DNA from: an uncultured Alphaproteobacteria bacterium
GTDB taxonomy: Bacteria > Pseudomonadota > Alphaproteobacteria > HIMB59 > GCA-002718135
Length of the DNA: 64,000 bases
Direction: 5' to 3'
Assembly: GCA_902600225.1 (NCBI GenBank)
Contig: CACKIH010000005.1
Location: forward strand, 5,327-69,326
In this document: in pieces, positions 18,897 through 28,334 of the stretch
Position numbering within the stretch: position 1 is the first letter of the stretch
How the letters are laid out: each line of letters starts with the position of its first letter
Notes under the pieces: generated by a model
Database searches by the model: none
What the model was told of the DNA's origin: nothing
Seen by the model: only the letters and a program-made list of their open reading frames with translations
Program-made: the position numbers and the translations under genes

Positions 18897-19827
18897 AGTA
18901 CTAATATCAGATTCACTAGACAATATTGCATCTGAAATATTAATAAAGAACAACATTTCAGTTGATACAAAAACAAACTTATCTCCTGAAGATTTAAAAA
19001 AAATAATTGATAATTATGATGGCTTAATCATTCGTTCTGCAACTAAAGTGCGAAAAGATATAATTGATTCTCTTTCAAATTTAAAAATTATAGGTAGGGC
19101 AGGAGCAGGAGTAGATAATGTTGATGTGGAAGCTGCTAAAAATAAAAATATTATCGTAATGAATACTCCAGGAGGAAATACAAATGCTACAGCAGAACAC
19201 ACAATTGGTTTAATTTTTGCATTGCAAAGAAAAATTACTGTTGCCAATGAAACAACTCATAAGGGTCTTTGGGAAAAAAAGAAATTAAAAGGAAATGAAA
19301 TTAAAGGCAAGAAAATTGGTATCGTAGGTTTTGGTAATGTAGGTAAAAGAGTTGCAGAAATATCTAATGTATTGGGAATGCACGTTTCAATATTTTCTTC
19401 ATACTTTAAAACAATTAAGAATAGCTACCCTGAATATAATTCTTGTTCTATCGATGAGATTATTAAAGATTCAGATATTATTTCTTTTCACTGCAAACCC
19501 AATAAAGATGGTAATCCGATTATGAATAAAAATCATCTATCGCTAATGAAAAAAAATTGCATAATTATCAATACTGCTAGAGGTAACTTAGTTGATGAAA
19601 ATGATCTTAAAAATGCTCTAGAAAAAAAAGAAATTAAAGGTGCTGCATTAGATGTTTTTAAAAATGAGCCTTTAGAAAAAAGTGGGTTTTATAATTTAGA
19701 TAATATAATTTTAACTCCACATATTGCTGCTTCTACTGATGAAGCACAAATAGTTGTAGCAGAAATGGTTGCTAATCAGTTTGTTGAATTTTTTAATAAT
19801 AATAAAATTATAAATTCAGTTACTTAA
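18889..19827 (+). CDS. serA: D-3-phosphoglycerate dehydrogenase, short form without ACT domain
   Basis: The track ORF starts at 18856 inside serC. ATG at 18889 gives MPKVLISDSL..., 312 aa. D-2-hydroxyacid dehydrogenase motifs are present (GIVGFGNVGKRVA, RGNLVDE, TPHIAAST). Confidence 0.85.
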   Translation: MPKVLISDSLDNIASEILIKNNISVDTKTNLSPEDLKKIIDNYDGLIIRSATKVRKDIIDSLSNLKIIGRAGAGVDNVDVEAAKNKNIIVMNTPGGNTNATAEHTIGLIFALQRKITVANETTHKGLWEKKKLKGNEIKGKKIGIVGFGNVGKRVAEISNVLGMHVSIFSSYFKTIKNSYPEYNSCSIDEIIKDSDIISFHCKPNKDGNPIMNKNHLSLMKKNCIIINTARGNLVDENDLKNALEKKEIKGAALDVFKNEPLEKSGFYNLDNIILTPHIAASTDEAQIVVAEMVANQFVEFFNNNKIINSVT

Positions 19828-21679
19828 TAAAAATTTCAGTTAAATTTTCCAAGTAAGCAGATGGATTTGAGAGAATGTTACCATCTAATATATTAGCTTG
19901 ATCTAAAATTAAATTTGAAGCTTTTTTATGGTCAATTTTTGTTAAATTTTGAGATAAATTTACAATCATCGGATGGTTTGGATTAATTTCAAGTATCTTT
20001 TTTGAAACAGGAGTTTTTTGATTATGCATTTTCATCAGTTTTTCCATATTTATATCCATCCCAGCTTCTTCAGCAACAAGCAGAATTGGGCTTTTGGTTA
20101 ATCTGTTAGATACAATAACATCAGATATTGTCTCTTTAAGCTCTGTTTTAAGTACATTAATTAAATCATTGATTTTACTATCTATTTCCTTTTTATCTTC
20201 ATCTTTCTTATTTGATTTTTCCCCAACTTTTGAAACATCAACCTTACCTTTGGTTATTGATTTAAATTCTAAATCTTTAAATTTATTTACATTTTGTATC
20301 CAAAACTCATCTACTGCATCAACCATAAACAAAACTGGTATTTTTTTATCAGTGAAAACTTCTAATTGAGGAGAGTTTTTAATATGATCCTTATCAGTAT
20401 TAGCAAAGTAATAAATTTCTTTTTGATCTTTAGCCATTAATTTAGTGTACTCTTCAAGAGATATTTTTTTATCATTTAAAGAATTTTCAAACTTTAGTAG
20501 CGGTAGGATTTTTTCATGATGATCATTATGTTCGTATAACCCTTCTTTTAGAACAGGACCAAAATTATTCCAAAATGTCTCAAATTTATCCTTTTCTTTC
20601 TTAGCTAAACTATCAATTTCACTTAGAATTTTATTTGTAATACCTTTTTTTATTTTTGTAATAATAGGATTGTTTTGAAGCATTTCTCTACTTATGTTGA
20701 GTGAAATATCTTGTGAGTCTACTACTCCCGGAATAAAACGTAACCAATTAGGAATTATATCTTCACAATCATCAGTGATAAAAACTTTTTGAACATATAA
20801 TTTTATTTTATTTTTCCTATCAGCATTGAATAAATCCATAGGTTGATTTGTAGGAAAATAAAGTAAAGCCTTATAACTAATAACACCCTCAGCGTTATAG
20901 TGAATAGTTTTTAAGGGATCATCAAAGTTAAATGAAATATTATTATAAAATTGTTTATAGTCTTCCTCTTTTATATCTTTTTTATCTTTTAGCCATAATG
21001 GACTACCTTCATTTATTTTTTCTTCTTTTTCTTTGTCATCAAGATCTTTAAGATAAATTGGAAAAGGAATGTAATTTGAGTATTTTGTTATAATTGATCT
21101 TAAGCGAAATGAGTCTAAAAATTCATCAGCATCCTTCTTTATATTTAATGTTATACAAGTACCTCTTTTATCTTTTTTAGCTTCTTCTATTGTATAATTT
21201 TCCTTTCCATTGGATGACCAAAGATTTGTTTCTTCATTTTCAGCATCTTTAGAAAGCACTTCAACATTATCTGCAACCATATATGAGGAATAAAAACCAA
21301 CGCCAAACTGTCCAATAGCAGAAATATCGTTGTTTTTTTTATTTTTCATTGCTTCAATAAATTTACTAGTTCCTGATCTCGCTATAGTTCCTAAATTATC
21401 AATAAGTTCATTTTTTGACATTCCAATTCCATTATCTTCAATTTCAATAATATTTTTCTTTTTTGAAACTCTGATATTAATTTTTAAATCCTTTTCATCT
21501 TTCAAAAGATTTTTTTTGGATAGTGATTGATATCTTAATTTTTCGCAGGCATCAGCTGAATTAGATATTAGTTCTCTTAGAAATATTTCCCTTTCACTAT
21601 AAAGAGAATTAGCAACAAGATCTAAAAGCTTACTTACTTCAGCTTGAAATGTTAAATTTTCTTTAGTTTTTTCTGACAT
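19820..21679 (-). CDS. htpG: molecular chaperone HtpG (Hsp90)
   Basis: 619 aa with ELISNSADA, GIGMSK and GQFGVGFYS motifs. Convergent 8 nt overlap with serA. Confidence 0.95.
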   Translation of the reverse strand: MSEKTKENLTFQAEVSKLLDLVANSLYSEREIFLRELISNSADACEKLRYQSLSKKNLLKDEKDLKINIRVSKKKNIIEIEDNGIGMSKNELIDNLGTIARSGTSKFIEAMKNKKNNDISAIGQFGVGFYSSYMVADNVEVLSKDAENEETNLWSSNGKENYTIEEAKKDKRGTCITLNIKKDADEFLDSFRLRSIITKYSNYIPFPIYLKDLDDKEKEEKINEGSPLWLKDKKDIKEEDYKQFYNNISFNFDDPLKTIHYNAEGVISYKALLYFPTNQPMDLFNADRKNKIKLYVQKVFITDDCEDIIPNWLRFIPGVVDSQDISLNISREMLQNNPIITKIKKGITNKILSEIDSLAKKEKDKFETFWNNFGPVLKEGLYEHNDHHEKILPLLKFENSLNDKKISLEEYTKLMAKDQKEIYYFANTDKDHIKNSPQLEVFTDKKIPVLFMVDAVDEFWIQNVNKFKDLEFKSITKGKVDVSKVGEKSNKKDEDKKEIDSKINDLINVLKTELKETISDVIVSNRLTKSPILLVAEEAGMDINMEKLMKMHNQKTPVSKKILEINPNHPMIVNLSQNLTKIDHKKASNLILDQANILDGNILSNPSAYLENLTEIFIK

Positions 21680-21762
21680 TTTTGAAATTTAAGCATTCAT
21701 ATCTATAATTCAATAGTAAGCAATAATTTTTTGCCACATTTAAGACTATATAAGTAAAAATT

Positions 21763-22395
21763 ATGGTATTTAGATTTATAATGAAAATTGATAATTTTTT
21801 AAAATTATTGTGCATTACATTGTTATTTTTATATGCATGTACTTCAAATCAGTTAACAAATACTGCTGATAGTTGCATAATTTTTGATGAAAAGAAAAGC
21901 TGGTATAAAGCAACAAAAAATTCTTACGATAAATGGAATACCCCAATAGCATTCCAATTAGCAGTTATAAAACAAGAATCATCTTTTACCCAATTTGCAA
22001 AACCGAAAAGAAAAAAATTTCTAGGTTTAATTCCAACCTCTAGACCATCAACTGCTTTTGGTTATGCACAAATAACAAATCCTACTTGGGATTGGTATAA
22101 GAATAAAACTGGAAATCAAAATGCATCAAGGGCGAATTTTAAAGATGTAACTGATTTTATTGGTTGGTACACTACACAATCAGAAAATATGGTTGGAATT
22201 TCAAAAAATGATTACTATAATCAATATTTAGCATATCATGAAGGTCAAAATGGATGGTCTAAAAAGACATATAAAAGCAAAGATTGGTTGATTGATGTTG
22301 CTAAAAATGTAGAAAGAAATACTAAGATGTTTAATACGCAACTAAAACAATGCGAAGAAAAATTAAATAAAAAAGGTTTCTTTGGAATATTATAA
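21763..22395 (+). CDS. putative lipoprotein with lytic-transglycosylase-like segment
   Basis: Lipobox LLFLYAC. The VIKQESSF...FGYAQIT pattern resembles SLT catalytic Glu-Ser and GLMQ-like motifs. The start may instead be ATG 21781. Confidence 0.5.
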   Translation: MVFRFIMKIDNFLKLLCITLLFLYACTSNQLTNTADSCIIFDEKKSWYKATKNSYDKWNTPIAFQLAVIKQESSFTQFAKPKRKKFLGLIPTSRPSTAFGYAQITNPTWDWYKNKTGNQNASRANFKDVTDFIGWYTTQSENMVGISKNDYYNQYLAYHEGQNGWSKKTYKSKDWLIDVAKNVERNTKMFNTQLKQCEEKLNKKGFFGIL

Positions 22396-23573
22396 TGCCA
22401 ATTTTAAATAGCATAAATCAAATGCAAGATCAAATGACTGAATGGCGTCAAGATCTTCATAAAATCCCAGAAATAGGTCTCCAAGAATATGAAACATCAA
22501 AATATATTAAAAACAAACTTAAAGAATTTAATATAGATTTTAAAGATGGGTATGCAGGTACAGGTATTGTGGCTTGGGTTGAAGGCCAAAATAATAATAG
22601 TGAAAAAACAATAGGATTACGTGCAGATTTTGATGCATTACCAATGACTGAAAAAAATGATTTTGAGCATAAATCAACTAAAGAAGGAATGATGCATGGT
22701 TGTGGTCATGATGGTCATACTACAATGCTGCTTGGTGCTGCTAAATATTTAAGTGAAAATAATAATTTTGATGGAAAGGTTTATTTTATCTTTCAACCTG
22801 GTGAAGAAGGCTTCGCAGGTGGAAAAAAAATGATTGAAGATGGAATGTTCAAAGATTTTAAGATAGATGAAGTTTACGCTCTTCATAACTGGCCAGATAC
22901 ACCATTAGGAACTTTTGGAGTAAATAATGGCCCTATGATGGCAGCTGTTGATGAATTTGACATAACAGTTAAAGGAAAAGGAGGCCACGCTGCAATGCCG
23001 CATCAAACAATAGATCCAATCGTAATTGCCAGTCAAATAATTAATGCAATTCAAACTATTGTAAGTAGATCAATTGATCCAGTCGATAAAGCTTTAGTTA
23101 GTATAACTAAAATAAATGCAGGTAGCGCTCATAATATAATAAGTAATGAAGCTACCTTTGGAGGAACTATTAGAACATTTAAAAAAGAAACAAGATCTTA
23201 TGTTGAAAAAAGAATTAATGAAATAACAGAAGGTATAGCAAAGGCTCATGGAGCGGAGGTAAAAATAAAGTTTGATTTAACAAATAAATATCCACCAACA
23301 TACAATTCAAAAAAAGAATCAATCTTTGCTTCGCAAGTTGCAAAAGAACTTGTAGGCGAAGATAACGTACAAACTGATATAGATCCTTGTATGGGAGGTG
23401 AAGACTTTTCATATTTATTAGAAGAAAAACCTGGTTCATATTTATTTATAGGTCAGGGTGATGAAGATCATACAGCAAGCCTTCATACAACTAAGTATGA
23501 TTTTAATGATAAATTACTTCCTATTGGTGTTAACTTTTGGGTAGATTTAGTTAAGAAATATTTTTCAAAATAA
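22395..23573 (+). CDS. M20D-family amidohydrolase (N-acyl-amino-acid/hippurate hydrolase-like)
   Basis: 392 aa with HGCGHDGH, FQPGEEG and an ALHNWP-type pattern. Confidence 0.85.
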   Translation: MPILNSINQMQDQMTEWRQDLHKIPEIGLQEYETSKYIKNKLKEFNIDFKDGYAGTGIVAWVEGQNNNSEKTIGLRADFDALPMTEKNDFEHKSTKEGMMHGCGHDGHTTMLLGAAKYLSENNNFDGKVYFIFQPGEEGFAGGKKMIEDGMFKDFKIDEVYALHNWPDTPLGTFGVNNGPMMAAVDEFDITVKGKGGHAAMPHQTIDPIVIASQIINAIQTIVSRSIDPVDKALVSITKINAGSAHNIISNEATFGGTIRTFKKETRSYVEKRINEITEGIAKAHGAEVKIKFDLTNKYPPTYNSKKESIFASQVAKELVGEDNVQTDIDPCMGGEDFSYLLEEKPGSYLFIGQGDEDHTASLHTTKYDFNDKLLPIGVNFWVDLVKKYFSK

Positions 23574-23587
23574 AAAAAATTTTTTTA

Positions 23588-24349
23588 ATGTTAAATTTTA
23601 GTGCAATTAATACAATTGTTGCTTCAAGACTTAGAGAATTTTTTCATGAATATCATTATTCACTATTAGCTCCCCTCACTACAAATCTATTATTTATTTT
23701 AGTATTTTTGACAGTAGAGAATTATTATTCATTATCTATAGATTCTGGATCTTTTGTTGAATTTATTGCTCCTGGATTAATTATTATGATCGTTGCTCAG
23801 GAAAGTTACGATAATTCATCTGCTACTCTAATTCATATGAAGCAAATTGGTTCTTTAGATGATTGGTTAATGGCACCTATTTATAGGATTGAAATATTAA
23901 TATCTTTAATATTCACATCTCTTATTATTGGAATTATTTTAGCATTATTTAATTTTTTAATATTTACTTTTTTAATAGATATTGAAATTTATAATTTTTT
24001 TTATTTTTTTTATTACCTATTTTTAGTTATAATATTTTTCTCATGCCTAGGATGTTTTGTAGGAATAATTTTTAATTCTTGGGATTCACAAAGTACATTT
24101 TCAAGCTTTTTTGTTGGACCTTTAAATTTTTTATCAGGAACCTTTTTTTCAATTAATTATCTTCCTGATAATTTTAAAGCTATACTTTTATATAATCCTT
24201 ACTATTATGTTGTAAGCTTTTTTAGGAATTCATTTAATGATGAATTTTCTTTTAATTTAGTTGAAAATATTTTTATAATATTTTTTATTTTATTAACTTT
24301 GATTATTACATCATTTATTTTTTTCAAAGGTTTTAAAATTATTAAATGA
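23588..24349 (+). CDS. ABC-2 type transporter permease
   Basis: 253 aa with 6 predicted TM segments and ABC-2-like topology. No ATPase gene is adjacent. Confidence 0.65.
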   Translation: MLNFSAINTIVASRLREFFHEYHYSLLAPLTTNLLFILVFLTVENYYSLSIDSGSFVEFIAPGLIIMIVAQESYDNSSATLIHMKQIGSLDDWLMAPIYRIEILISLIFTSLIIGIILALFNFLIFTFLIDIEIYNFFYFFYYLFLVIIFFSCLGCFVGIIFNSWDSQSTFSSFFVGPLNFLSGTFFSINYLPDNFKAILLYNPYYYVVSFFRNSFNDEFSFNLVENIFIIFFILLTLIITSFIFFKGFKIIK

Positions 24350-24939
24350 TTGATGTTATTTTTAATTTTTTAATTCAATTTGATTTATTAATTAAAAATA
24401 ATTTAGAATTATCTTTAATTTTATATTTTTTATTTTCATTTTTGTTTTTTACATTCTCTCTACCTGGTAGTTTAATAATTATACTAGCATCAAGTTTCTT
24501 TTTTGGATTTATTACAGGTTTTATAATTAATATAACAACTATTGTTTTAGGTAGTTTGTGTTTTTTTCTTTTTTTTAAAAATATATTTAAAAAATATTTT
24601 AATAAACAAATTGAAAAATTTAGTGATAAACTAAATAAAATTATTAAAAAATCATCTTTTGAATACTTAGTTTTATTACGACTTATCTTTGGAGTGCCAT
24701 TATTTGTTCAAAATTTATTTTTATCAACATTAAATATTTCTAAAACTAAATTTATAATTTCATCTTTTATTGGTTTCACTCCCTATTTTATTCTTTTTTC
24801 ATTTATTGGCAATCAATTTTCTGATCTTATTGAAGTTAAAGAATTTCAACTTAGTAATATTTTATCATTTGAATTAATTCTAATTTTTTTACTATTAATT
24901 ATTTTTTTATTACTTAGAATTTTTTTTAAATTTAAATAA
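24346..24939 (+). CDS. DedA/TVP38-TMEM64 (SNARE-associated) family membrane protein
   Basis: 197 aa polytopic protein with an LRLIFGVP-type re-entrant loop motif. ATGA overlap with the preceding gene. Confidence 0.6.
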   Translation: MIDVIFNFLIQFDLLIKNNLELSLILYFLFSFLFFTFSLPGSLIIILASSFFFGFITGFIINITTIVLGSLCFFLFFKNIFKKYFNKQIEKFSDKLNKIIKKSSFEYLVLLRLIFGVPLFVQNLFLSTLNISKTKFIISSFIGFTPYFILFSFIGNQFSDLIEVKEFQLSNILSFELILIFLLLIIFLLLRIFFKFK

Positions 24940-25315
24940 AAAGTTTTTTAAATCTAATTGAAATGAATAATAAATAAATAGTAACAATTATTGCTGCATA
25001 AATAGTTATATCAATAATTATTAAATTATTTGCTGAAAATTCATTTGTTATTCTTGAATATATCAAAGCTGATGTCTGTATTACGGATGTAATAATAATA
25101 ACAATAAGTAATCTGATTGAACCCTTTGTATTTAAGTAGATCATTATAAGACCAATAAATAAAAGTCCTGTTATAGCTCCTCCAAGATTTCTTAGCCATG
25201 CTATATTAGTACTTTCAGCAACAGTTAAATTTACAAAACTATATGGAAAAATTAAAAAATAAATTCCATAAATTAAAGAAAAAATTGATAAAAGTAATAT
25301 GCTTAATCTGATCAT
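24932..25315 (-). CDS. hypothetical membrane protein (4 TM)
   Basis: 127 aa hydrophobic ORF with no family recognised. Confidence 0.45.
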   Translation of the reverse strand: MIRLSILLLSIFSLIYGIYFLIFPYSFVNLTVAESTNIAWLRNLGGAITGLLFIGLIMIYLNTKGSIRLLIVIIITSVIQTSALIYSRITNEFSANNLIIIDITIYAAIIVTIYLLFISIRFKKLFI

Positions 25316-25383
25316 CTACTAAAAACTATTTATTAAGATATAATTAGTATTGCAAATTAATTTTTACTAAATATAGAAAATAT

Positions 25384-25617
25384 ATGATCCGATTGTTAAT
25401 AGTTTTAATTGTTATAGTTATTATACTATTTATTTTGAGATCAAGAGCCAAATCACAATATAATAATTATGGTAACTTTTATAGAAATTTAATTCTGATA
25501 GTCATAATTGGAGGTATAATCTTCTTCCTTGCAACAACTGGAAAATTCTTGATACCACAGTTATTAAATCTTATTAAAGTTGGTTTACCATTCTTGACAA
25601 AATTAATAGGAATATAA
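25384..25617 (+). CDS. hypothetical small membrane protein (77 aa)
   Basis: Two or three TM segments. Its stop overlaps the start of the next gene (TAATG). Confidence 0.4.
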   Translation: MIRLLIVLIVIVIILFILRSRAKSQYNNYGNFYRNLILIVIIGGIIFFLATTGKFLIPQLLNLIKVGLPFLTKLIGI

Positions 25618-26480
25618 TGAAATATTTTTCAACAAACGATCTACCCTTAAACGATGAAATGATTAAATTTTGGAATGATAATGGATATTTGGTTATAGAA
25701 AATTTCAACACAGATAAAGAATGTGATGAATTAATGGAACGGTCATCATATCTTATCGAACATAATAATTTTAATAATCAAAAATCTATTTTTGATACAG
25801 TCAATCAAGCTCATAATGATGATAATTATTTTTTAGAATCAGGAGATAAAATTCGTTTCTTCTTTGAAGAAAAAGCTAATTTAAATGATGATAACATAGA
25901 AGAAAATAAACATTTTATTGTAAATAAAATCGGTCATGCGTTGCACGACTTAGATAAAGTTTTTTATAAATTTTCTCATAAACAAAAACTTCAAGATATT
26001 GCTTTATCACTTGGTTTCTCAAAACCAAAATTACTTCAGTCTATGTATATTTTTAAACAACCTAAAATAGGTGGTGAAGTAGTTTGCCATCAAGATTCTA
26101 CTTTTTTATATACTGAGCCAGAAAGTACTATCGGTTTCTGGTTTGCATTAGAAGATGCAAATAAAACAAACGGATGTTTACAAGTTGCAAGCGGTGGACA
26201 TAAAGGCCCATTAAGAAAACTTTTTAAAAAAGTAGACGGTAAAATGCAAATGATAGATCTAAATGATGAGCCATTTCCTGAAACTGATACTTTTGTAGAA
26301 GTAAAAAAAGGATCACTTGTTTTATTACATGGTAGACTTCCTCATTATTCATGTGAGAACACAAGTTTAAAATCAAGACATGCTTACACAATTCATGTAA
26401 TTGATAATAACAACGAATATCCTGAATGGAATTGGTTACAAAGATCTTCAATACCTCTTAAAAGTTTTATTAATGACTAA
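25617..26480 (+). CDS. phytanoyl-CoA dioxygenase (PhyH)-family Fe(II)/2-oxoglutarate oxygenase
   Basis: 287 aa. WNDNGYLVIENF N-terminus, an H-x-D facial-triad candidate (VCHQDS) and a distal His (SRHAYTIH). Confidence 0.8.
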   Translation: MKYFSTNDLPLNDEMIKFWNDNGYLVIENFNTDKECDELMERSSYLIEHNNFNNQKSIFDTVNQAHNDDNYFLESGDKIRFFFEEKANLNDDNIEENKHFIVNKIGHALHDLDKVFYKFSHKQKLQDIALSLGFSKPKLLQSMYIFKQPKIGGEVVCHQDSTFLYTEPESTIGFWFALEDANKTNGCLQVASGGHKGPLRKLFKKVDGKMQMIDLNDEPFPETDTFVEVKKGSLVLLHGRLPHYSCENTSLKSRHAYTIHVIDNNNEYPEWNWLQRSSIPLKSFIND

Positions 26481-27417
26481 AAAAATAATTTTAGATTGTG
26501 ATCCAGGTCATGATGATGCTGTAGCAATAATGTTAGCTGCTTCTTCTAAAGAGATTGACATACTGGGTATCACTTGTGTCGGTGGAAATAGTGGTTTAAA
26601 TAATACAGTAAATAATGCTCTTAAAGTTTGTACGTTAATTGAAAGAACGGATATCAAAGTTTACTCTGGTGCAAATAAACCTATTCATTATGAATTATTT
26701 ACAGCTGAATATGTTCACGGAAAAACTGGATTAGATAAAAAAGGTGACCCTATAATAATAGATACAAATTATAAACATCAAGAAAAACATGCAGTTGATT
26801 TTATAGTAGAAACTTGTAAATCTTCAACAGAGCAAATTTATTTATGTCCAACAGGTCCTCTTACAAATATTGCCTTAAGTTTAAAAAAAGATCCGTCTAT
26901 TAAAGAAAATATAAAAGAAATAGTTTTTATGGGTGGAGCTGCTATGTGCTTAGGGAATACTACACCATCAGCTGAATTTAATATTTATGTAGATCCACAT
27001 GCGGCTAATATTGTTCTAGAATCAGGCATTCCTCTAACAATGATGGGTTTAGATGTTACTCATCAGGTAAATGTAAATTCAAAAATTATCAAATCAATGA
27101 ATGAAAATAAAAATAAAAGTTCTAAGTTTTTTGGAGAACTAATGGAATTTTATACAATATTTCATAAAGAATTATATGAAACCGAGGAAACTCCTTTGCA
27201 TGACCCATGTGTTATTGCATATTTGTTAGATCCATCTATTTTTAGTGGAAAAGAAGTTAATGTCACAGTTGAAGAAAATTCTGAATTAACAAGAGGGGAG
27301 ACTGTTGTTGATTGGCTAGGTGTTACTAAAAGACCAGTAAATTGTTTTGTGATGAATGAAGCTAATGATGAAAAATTTTTTCAATTACTTAAAGCTAAAT
27401 TATCGCTATTACCTTAA
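26473..27417 (+). CDS. nucleoside hydrolase (IU-NH family)
   Basis: The track ORF starts at 26401 inside the PhyH gene. ATG 26473 gives MTKKIILDCDPGHDDAVAI, the N-terminal aspartate cluster of nucleoside hydrolases. Confidence 0.85.
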   Translation: MTKKIILDCDPGHDDAVAIMLAASSKEIDILGITCVGGNSGLNNTVNNALKVCTLIERTDIKVYSGANKPIHYELFTAEYVHGKTGLDKKGDPIIIDTNYKHQEKHAVDFIVETCKSSTEQIYLCPTGPLTNIALSLKKDPSIKENIKEIVFMGGAAMCLGNTTPSAEFNIYVDPHAANIVLESGIPLTMMGLDVTHQVNVNSKIIKSMNENKNKSSKFFGELMEFYTIFHKELYETEETPLHDPCVIAYLLDPSIFSGKEVNVTVEENSELTRGETVVDWLGVTKRPVNCFVMNEANDEKFFQLLKAKLSLLP

Positions 27418-28334
27418 CTATAAAAACTCTTTGCAATCTTTCCAGCTAAATTCGCATTATTAATTATTAAAGATACATTAGCATTTAGAGTTTCATTTTG
27501 TGATTGTTCGTTAATTTCTTTTATAAGAAACGGGGTTAATTCTTTTCCACTAATATTATTTCTATCAGCTTTTATTGTTGCATTATTTATCCATTTTTCT
27601 ACGTCATTTTTATTAAGTGCTTTTTCTAATGGAACTTTATTAAATATGAGAATTGATTTTTTATTTTCCATATTTTCATTGAGTTTTAAAAAAGAAGAAA
27701 TTTCATGAATTTCATCAAATTTATTATCGACTTTATTTTCTGTTTCTTCATACCAAAAACCAGGCATATAATTTGTTTGATAACCAATTCTTGTAATTCC
27801 TAAAGTTTCAAGAAGTTCATTCGTTTTACTTAAATCTAATATAGATTTAGCACCACTACAGATTACAAAATTTGAATTCTCAGAAAGTGCATATAGATCT
27901 GCAGATACATCATTGGTATTTTCAACATTTAGATGCACACCACCAATTCCTCCTGTTGCAAAAAATCTTATTTGAAATTTAGAGGCTATAGAAATTGTAC
28001 TTGCTACTGTTGTAGCAGCATTTTCTTTATTAAATATTGATAAATTTATATTGTGGTTTGAAACTTTTTGTACATTTTTCTCTTTTGCTAATATTTGAAT
28101 ATCTTCTTCCGATAATCCTATTTTAACCTTACCTCTAATTATTCCTATTGTTGCAGCAATTGCACCGTTATCTTCAACAGCCTTTATAGACTCATTTGCG
28201 ACTTTAATATTTTCTGGATAGGGCAATCCATGACTAATCAATGTACTTTCTAAAGCTACTATTGGTTTTTTTCTATTTATTGCTTCTTGAACTTTTTTAC
28301 TTATATCAAATATTTCATTCATACTATTGTACAA
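27414..28334 (-). CDS. psuG: pseudouridine-5'-phosphate glycosidase
   Basis: 306 aa. VALESTLISHGLPYP, TTVASTI, ATGGIGGVH and GAKSILD match remembered E. coli YeiN/PsuG blocks. Confidence 0.85.
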   Translation of the reverse strand: MYNSMNEIFDISKKVQEAINRKKPIVALESTLISHGLPYPENIKVANESIKAVEDNGAIAATIGIIRGKVKIGLSEEDIQILAKEKNVQKVSNHNINLSIFNKENAATTVASTISIASKFQIRFFATGGIGGVHLNVENTNDVSADLYALSENSNFVICSGAKSILDLSKTNELLETLGITRIGYQTNYMPGFWYEETENKVDNKFDEIHEISSFLKLNENMENKKSILIFNKVPLEKALNKNDVEKWINNATIKADRNNISGKELTPFLIKEINEQSQNETLNANVSLIINNANLAGKIAKSFYS

